From: the human T2T-CHM13v2.0 reference genome, Homo sapiens
NCBI RefSeq assembly: GCF_009914755.1
Contig: NC_060929.1
Length of the DNA stretch: 64,000 nucleotides
Direction: 5' to 3' (one strand)
The first letter of the stretch is position 1. Each line of letters starts with the position of its first letter. Of this stretch, positions 1 through 12,255 are shown in pieces. The translations under genes and the position numbers were made by a program. The notes below the pieces were generated by a model, which was not told where the DNA came from, made no database searches, and saw only the letters and a program-made list of their open reading frames with translations.

Positions 1-849
1 CTACTCAGCCTGTCATTCCAATAGCAACACTTCCTCCCTCCTCAAAACAAAATAGAACCCAACCCTAGTAAAATTTCACTGCTTATTGTTTAGTTATCAC
101 CAGAATGTACCATATTTATAGATATTGACAAGATAATTTAATGTAAATTAGTGCTATTTATTTATTTACAGAGATTTCGTTATAAAAATAAAACCCAGAG
201 CTTTCTAGCCAAAGCTCTTCCCCTCCCTCTGCAGTAATCAGCAGAATTCATTCTTCCTGCTTCTTTGGTTTCACAAATAATCTGAGCCTTCAAACAGAGC
301 CTGTGAAGTTAACAACTTCCTCATTAACACATGTCTTATCTTTGCAAGGACTTCCATTCATTCACTAAGTTCTTAACCATTTATTGGGATGATACATAAA
401 CATTCTGAAATTCTGCTTCCAAACTGCACGCAATGTTGACTGTCATACAAAAAATTTAGGAATCTTCCTATGAATAGCCTCAATGTGAACATTAATGCAG
501 CAGGCAAATATTTTTTATTAGCTCTATTGGAGAGAAATGTGTATGCAGGATGAAGGAAGGAAAGGACAGAGCTGGAATAAACTGAAATACATTCCCACAT
601 GAAAGGACTGTGACTAGAGAGAGAGGTCACTACACTCAGGGACAGTAGGTGGGCATCAAACTCAAGTGGCTAAAATTGGAATTTAAAGAGTTTGTGGGTG
701 CATAATAAACATTTCCTCATGTGTCAGAGTGGTTATAATCTCAAAAATAACTTTTATTTTCCACTTGATGGAATACAGTGCAATCATAAACATATTTTAA
801 GAAGGTTATTATTTTTAGCTAGAATTGATTGGACATTTAGTGTATGCCA

Positions 850-1000
850 TCATTAAGACTTTGCATCCTGCACCTCATTTATTACTCCCAACAGCACAAG
901 GCAGATATTGTCAACACCCTTTTAGAGATAAAGTGATTCCCAGAGAGGTTAATTCGTTGTCCAAGGTAATTCAGCAACTAAACGACACAGGTGAGACCTT
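850..1000 (-). mobile_element. MIR SINE fragment
   Basis: Reverse-complement match to the MIR core (ttttagagataaag...cagagaggttaat...ccaaggt). Confidence 0.6.
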
Positions 1001-1240
1001 TTGGTTAAAAACCAAAAATTCCTACACTGATTTATGAAGATTCTGCAGCAACATTGAAAAGTTGCTTATGATTTTATGTTAACTGCCAGAAGAAGAGTAG
1101 AAAACTGTATGCACACCGTGACACAATTATGTGACAACTTCCTTTACATATGGAGAAAGAATTGGAAGGGAACACATGTCATGTGCCACTCACTTTTGTG
1201 TCCCAGAAACTAACAGAATCAGCAAACAGTCCATAAAAGC

Positions 1241-1267
1241 AAAAAAAAAAAAAAAAAAAAAAAAAAA
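1241..1267. repeat. poly(A) tract
   Basis: Run of about 27 A. Confidence 0.95.
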
Positions 1268-2596
1268 GGAGTGTGTGTGGGTGTGGTTGGACAGGTGCAT
1301 GAGCACACGAGGAAGGGTTTTAATGGGGCAAGCAAAATAAGTTAGTGAACTTGAACTTATTTGCTAAACACGTAGAACACAGGATTAGAACTCCCAGGCT
1401 CTGCCCCTTGTGCAGTCGGGTAATGGAACTGTTGGAGTTTTGTTTTCTCCCACTATTTTTTTTAAGTGTTTGAAAGTGGCTACATTGTTTCTATAATAAA
1501 AAGAGAGATAAGAATACCCTATACACAGAAGCAGACAGGTTCAGGGTTTCAGTCCTTGAGAAGCACTGAGCAAGTAAAGGCTGAGGAACCTGGGGTCAGG
1601 CTGCAGAAACTAGGATCAGTACTACCCCCCATTGCCTCCAGGAACATGCTAAGCTCTGCCTGGCTCAAAGCCAAGTTTGGATGGCGTCCACGAGGCCACT
1701 GAGCAAGCGGCTTTGAAAGATCATGCTGTCGCACTGGCAGTCAGGAACTGCGGGAAAGTAAATATTTACTGGTTCCAGGAAGGGAAACCCATTATCCTAG
1801 GATCCTAGGGATGAACTTTTCTATGACTGCGGCAAAATTCACGTGAAAAAAAATGGTTTGGGAAGCTCTTCACCTGTGAGGTTTTTCACCATGCCTCGCC
1901 AAACAGACTGGCTTCCAATACTACCCCTTTACCTTGGTGAAATGAGCCTAGACACAGTTCTACCATATGAGCAGCGGCTGGTGCCTTTTACCCTGTAAAG
2001 GGTAAGTGATGGAAAGAGAATAGTGCAGACAAAATGTAAATGCAGCTCAGAGAAGGGATGGATAATAGATCAAGGGAGGCTTCCTGAAGAAGGTGTCACT
2101 GAAGTTAGGCCATGTAAAAAGATATGTATCCATGGGGGGAAAGGGATCGAAAGCTAATTCTGAAAGAATAGAGACACCTGAGCAAAGACCCAGAGGAAAG
2201 AAAAAGTCAAGGCAAGCATTTCTCTGGAGCATCATCTACTGAAGATCATCATAAGTATTTTTAACTTCTCAAAACCAGTATGACATGCTGCATGCTGTAT
2301 AGTCATCTCCAGCCCTGTGATCCTTGAGTTCTAGAAGCGAATGCACTTCAATCAACATATTCAGGTTTACTTGAAGAAACACCAGATGAAAGGCCTTCAG
2401 GTCCTCATGTTATATGTAATAGGGTAAATGTTTTGGTTTTTACTTTGAGAAAGGAAAACTTCAGCATCAGACAGTAGTTTAATAATAGCTTAGTCTGGAA
2501 GGAACAGAAAAATAGACATAAACTGGAGCATAGTTATCAATAGACTAAAAATGTCCAGATGTGGCCCAGGTAGAAGAATAGTTAACCACCAAGGTG

Positions 2597-3080
2597 GTGT
2601 GGGAGCCAGCCTCAATATGCCTGGCCTCCTCCTACTCACACCCGTGTGTAGCAGCTTTCACATTCTACCAGGGTTGGTCTGTGTGACTCACGGAATATGG
2701 CAGAAATAATGGTATGTCACTCCGAGATCATGTTATGGATTACACTGTGGCTTTTGCCTCAGTCTCTCACTTTCTTGGATCACTTGTGCTGGGGAAAGTT
2801 AGCTTGCATATATGAGCTATCCGGTGAAGGGGCCCACATGGTGAGGAACTGAAGACTCCAGCCAACAGCCACACCAGTGAACTTGGAAACCGATCCTGCA
2901 GTCCTTGCCAGCAGCTTGACTTTGCAGAGACCTCATGAGGAACCCTGAGCCAGACCACAAAGCCAAGCGACTCCTGGATTCCTGGACCTTACACATGGTG
3001 CCAGGTAAGTGATGAATGTTTGTTGTCTTAAGGTGCTGAGTTTGGGGCAAATTTGTTACTCAGAGATGCGTAACTAATCC
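2597..3080 (+). mobile_element. MaLR solo LTR, MLT1F-like
   Basis: Motifs ggcccacatggtgaggaactga, ccagccaacagcc, ccctgagccagaccac and 3' end ctgagtttggggcaaatttgttac...taactaat. Confidence 0.8.
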
Positions 3081-3262
3081 CACGGAGAATGGTGGACACT
3101 GTGGGTCCCCGCAGGGAGTACACTCAGGGAAATCATCTAAGACAGAGAGGAGTAAGGAATGCCACGTAGCAGAGTCATACTCTAGGGCGTCTGGTCTCAC
3201 ATGCCCTAACTTCCCTTCACAAATCTCTTTTAACAAAGAATCTACTCAAGATATTCTACTAG

Positions 3263-3492
<230 letters not shown>

Positions 3493-3495
3493 TAA

Positions 3496-4922
3496 TGTGT
3501 CCGGAATTGGTGGGATCTTGGTCTCACTGACTTTAAGAATGAAGCCGTGGACCTCGTGGTGAGTGTTACAGTTCTTAAAGGCTGCGTGTCCGGAGTTTGT
3601 TCCTTCTGATGTTCGGATGTGTTCGGAGTTTCTTCCTTCTGGTGGGTTCGTGGTCTCGCTGGCTCAGGAGTGAAGCTGCAGACCTTCGCAGTGAGTGTTA
3701 CAGCTCATAAAGGCAGTGCGGACCCAAAGACTGAGCAGCAGCAAGATTTTTTGCAAAGAGCAAAATAACAAAACTTGTACAGTATGGAGGGGGACCTGAC
3801 AGGGTTGCCACTGCTGGCTGGGGCAGCCTGCTTTTATTCCCTTATCTGGCCTCACTCACATCCTGCTGATTGGTCCATTTCACAGAGAGCTGATTGGTCT
3901 GTTTTGACAGGGTGCTGATTGGTGCGTTTACAATCCCTGAGCTAGACACAAAAGTTCTCCAAGTCCCCACTAGATTAGCTAGACACAGAGCACTGATTGG
4001 TGCATTCACAAACCCTGAACTAGACACAGGGTGCTGATTGGTGCATTTACAAACCTTGAGCTAGACACAGAGTGCTGATTGGTGCATTCACAATCCCTTA
4101 GCTAGACATAAAGGTTCTCCAAGTCCCCACCAGATCAGCTAGACACAGAGCAATGATTGGTGCATTCACAAACCTTGAGCTAGACACAGGGTGCTGATTA
4201 GTGCATTTACAAACCTCGAGCGAGACACAGAGTGCTGATTGGTGTAGCTACAATTCCTTAGTTAGACATAAAGGTTCTCCAAGTCCCCACTAGACTCAGG
4301 AGCCCATCTGGCTTCACCTAGCTTCCAGGGCGCAGGCGGAGCTGCCCGCCAGTCCCGCGCCTTGTGCCCGCACTCCTCAGCCCTTGGGCCGTCGATGGGA
4401 CCGGGCGCCGAGGAGCAGGGGGCGGCGCTTGTCGCGGAGGCTCCGCGCGCAGGAGCCTACGGCTGCGGGGAGGCTCCGGCATGGCGGGCTGCAGGTCCGG
4501 TGCCCTGCTCTGCAGGGAGGCAGCTGAGGCCCGGCGAGAATTCCAGCGCAGTGCCGGCGGGCGGAACTGCTGGGGGACCCGGCGCACCCTCCGCAGCTGC
4601 TGGCCCGGGTGCTAAGCCCCTCACTGCCCGGGGCCCACCGAGCCCACGCCCACCCGGAACTCGCGCTGGTCCGGCGCGCAGCCCCGGTTCCCGCCCGCGC
4701 CTCTCCCTCCACACCTCCCTGCAAGCAGAGGGAGCCGGCTCCGACCTCGGCCAGCCCAGAGAGGGACTCCCATAGCCGGCTCCGATCTCGGGCGGCCCAG
4801 AGAAGGACTCCCATAGTGCAGCGGCGGGCTGGCGGGCTGAAGGGCTTCTCAAGCGCGGCCAGAGTGGGCGCCAAGGCTGAGGCGCCGCCGAGAGCGAGCT
4901 GCCAGGACGCTGTCACCTCTCA
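3496..4922 (-). mobile_element. Solo LTR12 (HERV9/ERV9 LTR, LTR12C/D/E group)
   Basis: Termini tgtgtccggaattggtggg and tgtcacctctca; GC/CpG-rich U3; tandem CCAAT repeats; 4-bp TSD ctaa/ctga. Confidence 0.96.
3831..4260 (-). promoter_or_regulatory. LTR12 U3 enhancer/promoter with tandem NF-Y (CCAAT) repeats, a GATA site and an AATAAA TATA-like box
   Basis: About eight gctgattgg units; AGATAAG at 3841-3847 and GAATAAAAG at 3831-3839 on the minus strand. Confidence 0.8.
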
Positions 4923-5296
4923 CTGAGATTACAGGTACGTGCCACCATGCCCAGCTAATGTTTTGTATTTTTACCAGAGACAGGGTTTCACCATGTTGGC
5001 CAGGCTGGTCTCAAAGTCCTGCCATCAAGTGATTCGCCTGCCTCCGCCTCCCAAAGTGCTGGGATTACAGGCATGAGCCACCGTGCCTGGCCAATTCATA
5101 CTCTTGAATGCCTGGGCTTTGCTGTAGCACCCCTGGAAGTAGGTGTGTGAGTAGCTTACCCTTGTGGAGGAGTGTTCTGAAGTGAATCCTGGATACTTTA
5201 TCTGAACACTACTGGGCTTTGACAAATCTGGAGGTTCTCACTGGTGCTTCTGGAGTCTGATGGTGACTCAGATCTTATCTTCCTGACTGATATTTA

Positions 5297-5535
5297 CAGT
5301 AACTAACATTTTAAATGGCTGTGCTACTGACCCTGCGCTAAATATTTTGTATGAATTTTGTTGTTTAACCTAAGACAATCCTATTACATAGGTACTATTG
5401 AAATTCTGCTATTAGAGATGTGGAAACGGAGGCACAGAGAGGCGATACAGTGTCTAGGGTCGTACAGTTCTTAAGTAACAGAGTTAAGGCATGAATCTGA
5501 TTGGTTTGATTGCAATGCCCATGCTCTAAACTACT
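5297..5535 (-). mobile_element. MIR SINE, near full length
   Basis: agatgtggaaacggaggcacagagagg core plus both flanks. Confidence 0.8.
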
Positions 5536-6994
5536 TGTGCTGTAAATGCCTGTAGGAGGATTTTTGTTACCTGTAGACTTGGCACTTCTAGATAATCAGC
5601 CTATTTTGGGGGGTGTTTGATTATTCACACAGAATCCCTCATTCTTTCTGGTTGATTGCAGTGTTCAAGCTAAAGCACTCTAAAATTCAGCTTTATCAAA
5701 TACACAGCTTAAAGCCTTCTACTGAAAGAATGGCAAGTACTTCATTTTTAAATACACAAGTGGGGAGAAAAATGGCTTTCTTATCAACGTCCAAGTTTCT
5801 TACACCTCATCTAAAATTGTACACTTTGCTGTACCTTTTCGTGTTTTCTCCCATTGCTCCTGGCTTGATGATGGAATGCTTTAATTTGCTCCACATATAA
5901 TATTCTTGCACCACTGTTTTCTGTAATTTATACCACATGCTGTCCACTTTCTTGTACTATTTTATTCGGTAAAGCACTTTAGATGCCCGTTTACATGAAA
6001 GATGTTATTTGAAATGAAGTCGTATTGCAAGCTACATTATTATAATTTCCTTTTTGCTTTGGTCCTACTTCATCTTACACAGTTGCCGCATGTTTGATGC
6101 AGTGCTGAAATTTAAGTGGAAAGGGCGTTTGGAATTGATGCTCATGTATTACTTATTTAATCTGCTGCCAGTGCAATCCACTATCAAGTTTTCAGTTTTT
6201 AATATATCCCAGGGTCTGCCCTGACATCCGTCTTACTTGTTTCATGGAGAAAATCTGCACTATGGACATTGTTACAAGTTAAGCATAAGCTGGTAAGTTG
6301 TTTTGGCTTTGGAATAACACCTCAGGGTACAGCTTAATAAGGGCACACAGTTATTATGGATAATGGAAAAGTTTGTCAGTTCTCAATTATTTAGTGACTA
6401 ATTGGCCTTGGCCCTTTGTTTCTGTTGTTTTTCCATCCTTTCTCTTTGCCTTTTATTCATTCCAATGTTCTTTAGTATTTTTGGAAGGTAGACAAAAAGG
6501 AAGAAAAATTTGAACTGGTCATCTGGATGACTTTTTGGCAGATCTTGATAAACACACAACAAAACAGAAAAAAATATTGCTTTGAAGACAAAGGTGAAGC
6601 TGGGACCTAAAACTTCCATGTTCTAGGATTTGTGATTCTCAGTAGATTTGAGGACATATGTTAACGTATTTCAGGTATCAAATGGCAGTTGCCTAACTTA
6701 ATTTTGCTAGGAGGGCTACATTGATAGTGATTAAAAAAAGATGACAATAATGCTGTTTTTATTATCATTTACAAGAAAACACATTCTAATGTCTTTTTGG
6801 TACTGAAGAGATACGCTAACAAGGTGGATGGCACATGGGGTTTTTCTGGGTTATCATTCTTCTGCTCGTTTGCTCCAATCTCTGAATGTTTAAACTCATT
6901 ATATGGCTTAAGGCTTATGGCCACCTATTTTCTCTAACTTTCAGAGCACGTTGTCTGTGGTGCTTTCCTAGAAGTGGATGTTATTATGTCCCAA

Positions 6995-7110
6995 ACTAGA
7001 AGAATGCACTCTTCAAGGGTGGAGATGGGTGTTGGTTCATCTTTTGTCCTTCCCAGTACACTTGAAAGCACAATTTCTCTGGTGTCAGGAAGTACTTCAA
7101 TAACTAGTCA
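6995..7110 (+). mobile_element. L2 3' end fragment
   Basis: actaga...gttcatctttt...agcacaa...tggtg...caataa pattern. Confidence 0.5.
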
Positions 7111-7269
7111 GTGAAATATTTTATTTTTGTTCCAAGAATTACACCATTTATCAGTAAAATACTATTGACCTGTAAATAACATTATATTCTCCCAGCCTTT
7201 GAAGTCACGGAAGATAGAACTGGAAGATAGCTTAGAAGAACCTAACCCAATTCCAGATTTCATAGTAAG

Positions 7270-7430
7270 GCAGTAGACCAGAGATCTGGATCTAACAAAT
7301 GTTTTCAGTATGATCTTGGACAAGCAATTAACCAATTCTGAATTCAAATTTACTCCATTTAAAAATATTTAAAGTTTCGGTGGACATTAAATGAGATGAT
7401 GGATGCCAAAGTGCATTGTAAAATTTTAAC
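7270..7430 (+). mobile_element. MIR fragment
   Basis: tgatcttggacaagcaatttaac...attaaatgagatgatggatgccaaagtgc. Confidence 0.6.
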
Positions 7431-9459
7431 TGCCCTAGCAATGTCAATCCGGGAAACTGATGCCTAGAGAAGTTAGGGGCTGACTCCGGGGTATATTTTT
7501 TTAGTCAGTGGCAGAGCCAGATTTCTTTGGGAGGTACAGTGTAATTAAGTAAGTACTGAATTTGGAGTGAGAAGGAAGGTAGGCTTCAAGTAGATCATAA
7601 TTTTGCTTGGAATATACCCAGAATATTTTGCCACTTTGGTTAGTATGAATTTGAAATATAACAATTAAAGTTGAGAGCATTGAAAAATAAAACTGACCTT
7701 AAGGTACTGTCACTCATCAGGCAGCTAGCTGAATTTCTTCATGATGTGTAGAATGGGAATGATAAGATCAGCTCTACTTCCCTTCTCCAGATGCTGTGTC
7801 TATCACAGGGTATAATGCATGTAAAAATATTTGGGAAAATAGTAAGGAACGATGTAAATGTCAATATTATTGTTTCCTGCTTCCTTCATATTGAATGTTT
7901 CAGGTCAGGAAGAAAAAAAAACAATTCTCATGCAAATTTCAAATTAAGTCACTGGAATAGCTTGGTATAAAACTTTTGGGGAAATGGTTTTTTCCAAGCG
8001 TGATAAGCCCATTAAATCTTTTTTTTAATGATGCTTCTTTCATTAAAAACTTCTTTATCTTCTTTTATTTTTCTTCCCAAGACCATTAATCATATTATTT
8101 TTTGATATCTTGCTGTGCTCCTATTATTAATCATCTTTGTTTGATTCCTGTCATTAATCTTTACCATGCACTTTTCCCCTACTACCTGAGTGACTCATTC
8201 TCTTCTACGTGCACCAACCTATGGATCCTTACCAATAAGTGCTCTGAATTTAAACAAACTCTCTCAGGAATTATTCAGTTGCCCCTTTGGGAAAATAGCT
8301 GAGATTTTAACACTTGTGTTTCTCTTTAAGAGAATTACTATAAAAGAAAGCTGTCCTGAATCATAACTCTTACTACTTCCCAATTTATAGGGTTCTTTCT
8401 GCATAAGGAAAGAATCCATACAGAAAGAATCTCAAATAAACACCTAATAAAAGAAATTCAGCTCACATTAAAATACTAGAATACCAGATGGTGTAATTTA
8501 AGTATTATTTAACTACTGTTTATCCTACCCAGTGCTCATTTTAAATTCAACATTTTTGAGAATTATTCATGGATCCACAGTTGTATTTCATGCAGATAAC
8601 AAGCTTAGTTTGTGGTGAATTACCAGAATGCACCCATAATTTCCATCCTTCCTTGGTTATTGTTAATTTGGATGGCAACTATTAGTTAAAGTTGAGAGGC
8701 TTTCCAAAGCAAATCGACATCAAGCTATCATGGACAATAATTTTTTCAGCAATCTGCAGGGAGGGCAAATCATTAAGTTTTACAGGGTGGAAGAACTCAC
8801 CAAAGAATGTGATGTTCCATCTGCCGAAGCTGAAAAACACAACTGTTTGATGAGCATGTTTCTTGCTTTGTAGCTGCCTGCCCACTGAACAAGCAGTTAT
8901 TCTTGCTTCTATCTAATGGCTGTGGTGTAACTTTTAAGTGAATATAAAAAACAATTTCATCTCTAACACCTCTCCATGTGAATGGATAAAAGATCAACAG
9001 AGCTGTCTCTTAACACAGCACAATTTCCTATGTAAAGTCACAGGGCCCTTTGAATTGATCACTAGGACACACATTATGGCAAATGTAGATTGCTGAGCTC
9101 CTCTTGACTCTGGTGCTCACCATATATTTGTGTTTTATTCACATTGTGTTAGGGAAAATGACAAGCCTTCCTGCTCTAAGTCATTAAAAGAAATACTAGG
9201 AGAGCTTTAAAAAGATCAACATCCATTCCATTGCTAAAAGCTAATGCTTTGACAGCTGGAAGAGTTTTTATCTCACACTTAAAATTAATCTTTGAAAGAA
9301 AAAAGTTAAATGCAGTATAACACAACCCCAATGCCTGAAAAAGCTTTCACATAGAAAAACTGGGCTTAAAAACTCTTCTTCTGGTTTTATTCTTGAATTT
9401 TTCAAAATTTGAAAGCTATGGATATTACAGCAACTTTTCTTATAACCATCCTGTAAGTC

Positions 9460-9680
9460 ATTATTATTGCTGTCTATTGTCGAGCACCTAACTATGTGCC
9501 AAAATACTGTGGTGGAAACTTCATAGCCATGATTTCATTTAATTCCTACACTGATCCTACAAGAGTTTCTCTTTTCACAGATGGGAAAACTGATTCTGAG
9601 AGAGGTTAGTAAGTGTAGACTGGAATCCCAACTTGACCATTGTCCGACTTCAGGGCTCATGTTTTTTCCACTGCAGCTTA
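9460..9680 (-). mobile_element. MIR SINE
   Basis: gagcacctaactatgtgcca...ttttcacagatgggaaaactga...gagaggtta. Confidence 0.75.
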
Positions 9681-10033
9681 CTTCCTCCTTGAGCATAGTA
9701 TGTATGAAATTATATATGGAAGTTAAAATTTAAAATGATCTCACAGAGAGGAAAGGACAATATATTTTTCAGAACACCTAGGGAAAATTTATCTTGGATG
9801 TATCTTTATGCCCAACTTTACTTCTTTACAGTTTGCAAGCTCAAGTGGGTGCAATTTGCAACACCTTATGGGGAGCATGTTTCATGTAATAAATTAAACT
9901 CATAAATACTAAAATATTTCCATGAAAAAGCAAATACTTTTGCCTTATGTTTGAATGTCTCCTTAAATTCATATAGTTCTCTCTAAGCTTAAAGTTCTTC
10001 ATTCGTAAGAGGAGTAATGATAGTATCTAATCA

Positions 10034-10479
10034 CGTTGGGAGATAATTCTCTGTGGATGGGTCTCACACTTCTGCGTGTCTTGCAAGCACTCATACTAAC
10101 TGCCTTGGTTCTGGACTATTTGTCTACTGATGTCTGTATAGTAAATAGCCTTGGAAGATACTGACAGTGTCTCCCTCTGGAGTACATAACAACATACTTA
10201 CTGTCCATTAAAAAAGATATGGGTTCCCTAAATTTGTTCCTTTCCTATAATGCAACCCACTGTTTGTGCAGGGCTCACCTGACTCTGTGTTGTCTGTGGG
10301 AATTGGAGTTTGAGGACCTGGTGCAAGAACATGCTGATGCTCTGGTCACTGCTACTTCTGTGGTAACGTCCTCTAACGCAAGAGTCTTAGGTGTTCTGCC
10401 AGCATTCAGGAAACTGTAGCAGGATAACTTGTTAGCTTGCAAATAGGGTAAAATCTCAGAATCTTCACAATTCTTGCCA
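10034..10479 (+). mobile_element. ERVL solo LTR, LTR40a-like, inserted in a MIR
   Basis: Start (t/c)gttgggagataattctc; end cttgcaaatagggtaaaatctcaga...ttcttgcca; MIR sequence resumes on both sides (about 9970-10033 and 10480-10530). Confidence 0.8.
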
Positions 10480-11217
10480 CCTCATATAGCTGTGACAATT
10501 AAATGAAATAATTTATGTAAAGAACTTACTTAAGGGTTGGTACAAAGTATAAAATATGTATTGGATATTGATGCTAGTACTGTCCTAGATAAAAAGTAGA
10601 CATAAATGGTCTGTTAATAATATAGGTAATTTTGTATTTTACATGAATTAACTTCAAATTGCTTTTTTTCAAGTGATAAATTATCTAATAGTGATATTAC
10701 TATGTGTATGCTTCAGTTACTTCAATTGGAATTCTTGGAGGGTCAAATAAACTCTGAAAAGATTGGATTCATGAATATTTTACCTCTTATGGATAAGGCA
10801 GTTGGTATAGAAATAATTCTGAAAAAGATTTATAGTGTAACTGGAATATTGATTTTGCAATATTCATTGTTGAAGGAAAATTAATAAACCAATCAAAAAA
10901 GCATCATTGAGAGCTGTCAAATTGGAGTGACTCAAAAACGTAAAGTTTATAGTTCTTGATGTACTTGATCTGAGGAACACTGGAAATATAATTTTAAGCC
11001 ATCTGTGAACCATAATAAGTTACTGATAGAAAAATGAGTTAAGAAATACAAATGATAATGTAGCTTTGATAACTGAGGAATCATCTGGAATAACTTCTGT
11101 TTCCCTTTGCATCTTCTACATTTATCTTAGCTCTTCCCTCAAATTATTAAAAAGAGGAGGGAATTTTCAGTACTAATGGAAAATTGTTTGACTCTTTATT
11201 CCCCTCCTCTCCCCAAC

Positions 11218-11478
11218 TTTTTTTTGAGACGGAGTCTCACTCTGTTGCCCAGGCTGGAGTGCAGTGGTGCGATCTCGGCTCACTGTCGCCTGCAACTCGG
11301 GGGTTCAAGCGATTCTCGTACAGGCACGCACTGCCACTCCCGGCTATTTTTGTATTTTTGGTAGAGATGGGGTTTCACCCTGTTAGCCAGGCTGGCCTTG
11401 AACTCCTGACTTCAAGTGATCCACCCCCTTGGCCGCCCAAAGTGCTGGGATTACAGGTGTGAGCCACTGCGCCTGGCC
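11218..11478 (-). mobile_element. AluS with internal deletion of about 27 bp
   Basis: Alu consensus with the junction gattctcg|tacagg. Confidence 0.92.
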
Positions 11479-11649
11479 TTTATTCCTTTTTGAGGGTGCT
11501 TTTGGTTTTACATGCCCTGTGTTTAGCAATTCTAAGATTCTTTACTTGAGGATTTTCATAACTGTTAGATTTCTCCTACCTATAGATTGTTTGCCTTTTT
11601 TTTCAAAAGTGAGTTGTTTAGTGGATAAAATTTAGAGAAATAGGACATT

Positions 11650-12255
11650 TGCATAATCTCATACTATCTCTTAGAAGTGAATAAATACTTATTAATTACA
11701 AAGGGAAAAATAGTAAATTTGTGGTGGAGAAATCTGGCAGACACAGCCTTTACCAAGATTATCATGACCAATAATTATACATATCCACATTACGTGCCCC
11801 CTGATATGATACAGTGATGATGGACATATCACTTCTGTGGTATTCTCCTAGTAATGCATATCTCAGTCTAAGCACCAGAAAATACCAAACAAACATAAGT
11901 TGAGGAACATTCTGAAAAATAATTGACCAGTATTCTTCAAAAGCAGTAATGAAAGATGACAAATGACTGAGGAACTGTCAAAGACTGGATCAGGCTAAGG
12001 ATGCATGACAAACCAAATGCAATGTAGAATCCTAAACTAGATTCTGTACTATTGACAGAAAGAACATTTGTAGAGAAACTAAATTTAAGTCTGGACAAAA
12101 TCTGTAGTTTAATAGCGTTGTGCCTATGGTAGTTTCTTAGAGATAAGTGCATTGGTTATGTAAGATGCTAACATAGGGGAAGCTGAATGAAGGGTATATG
12201 GAAACTCTCTGTATGATTTTTTTTCAAATCTTCCTAACATGATCTTAAAATAAAA
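11650..12255 (+). mobile_element. Old LINE-1 3' end (L1MC-like)
   Basis: ttacaaagggaaaaatagtaa...gactgaggaactg...ggggaagctgaatgaagggtatatggaaactctctgta. Confidence 0.75.

Noticed and set aside
3860-4300. Regularly spaced repeats superficially like a CRISPR array
   Set aside because: These are the known LTR12 tandem enhancer units; there are no unique spacers or cas genes and the context is eukaryotic
4318-4926. Six overlapping ORFs of 83-179 aa
   Set aside because: They lie in the GC-rich LTR12 U3, where stop codons are rare; the low-complexity A/G/P/R translations are not genes
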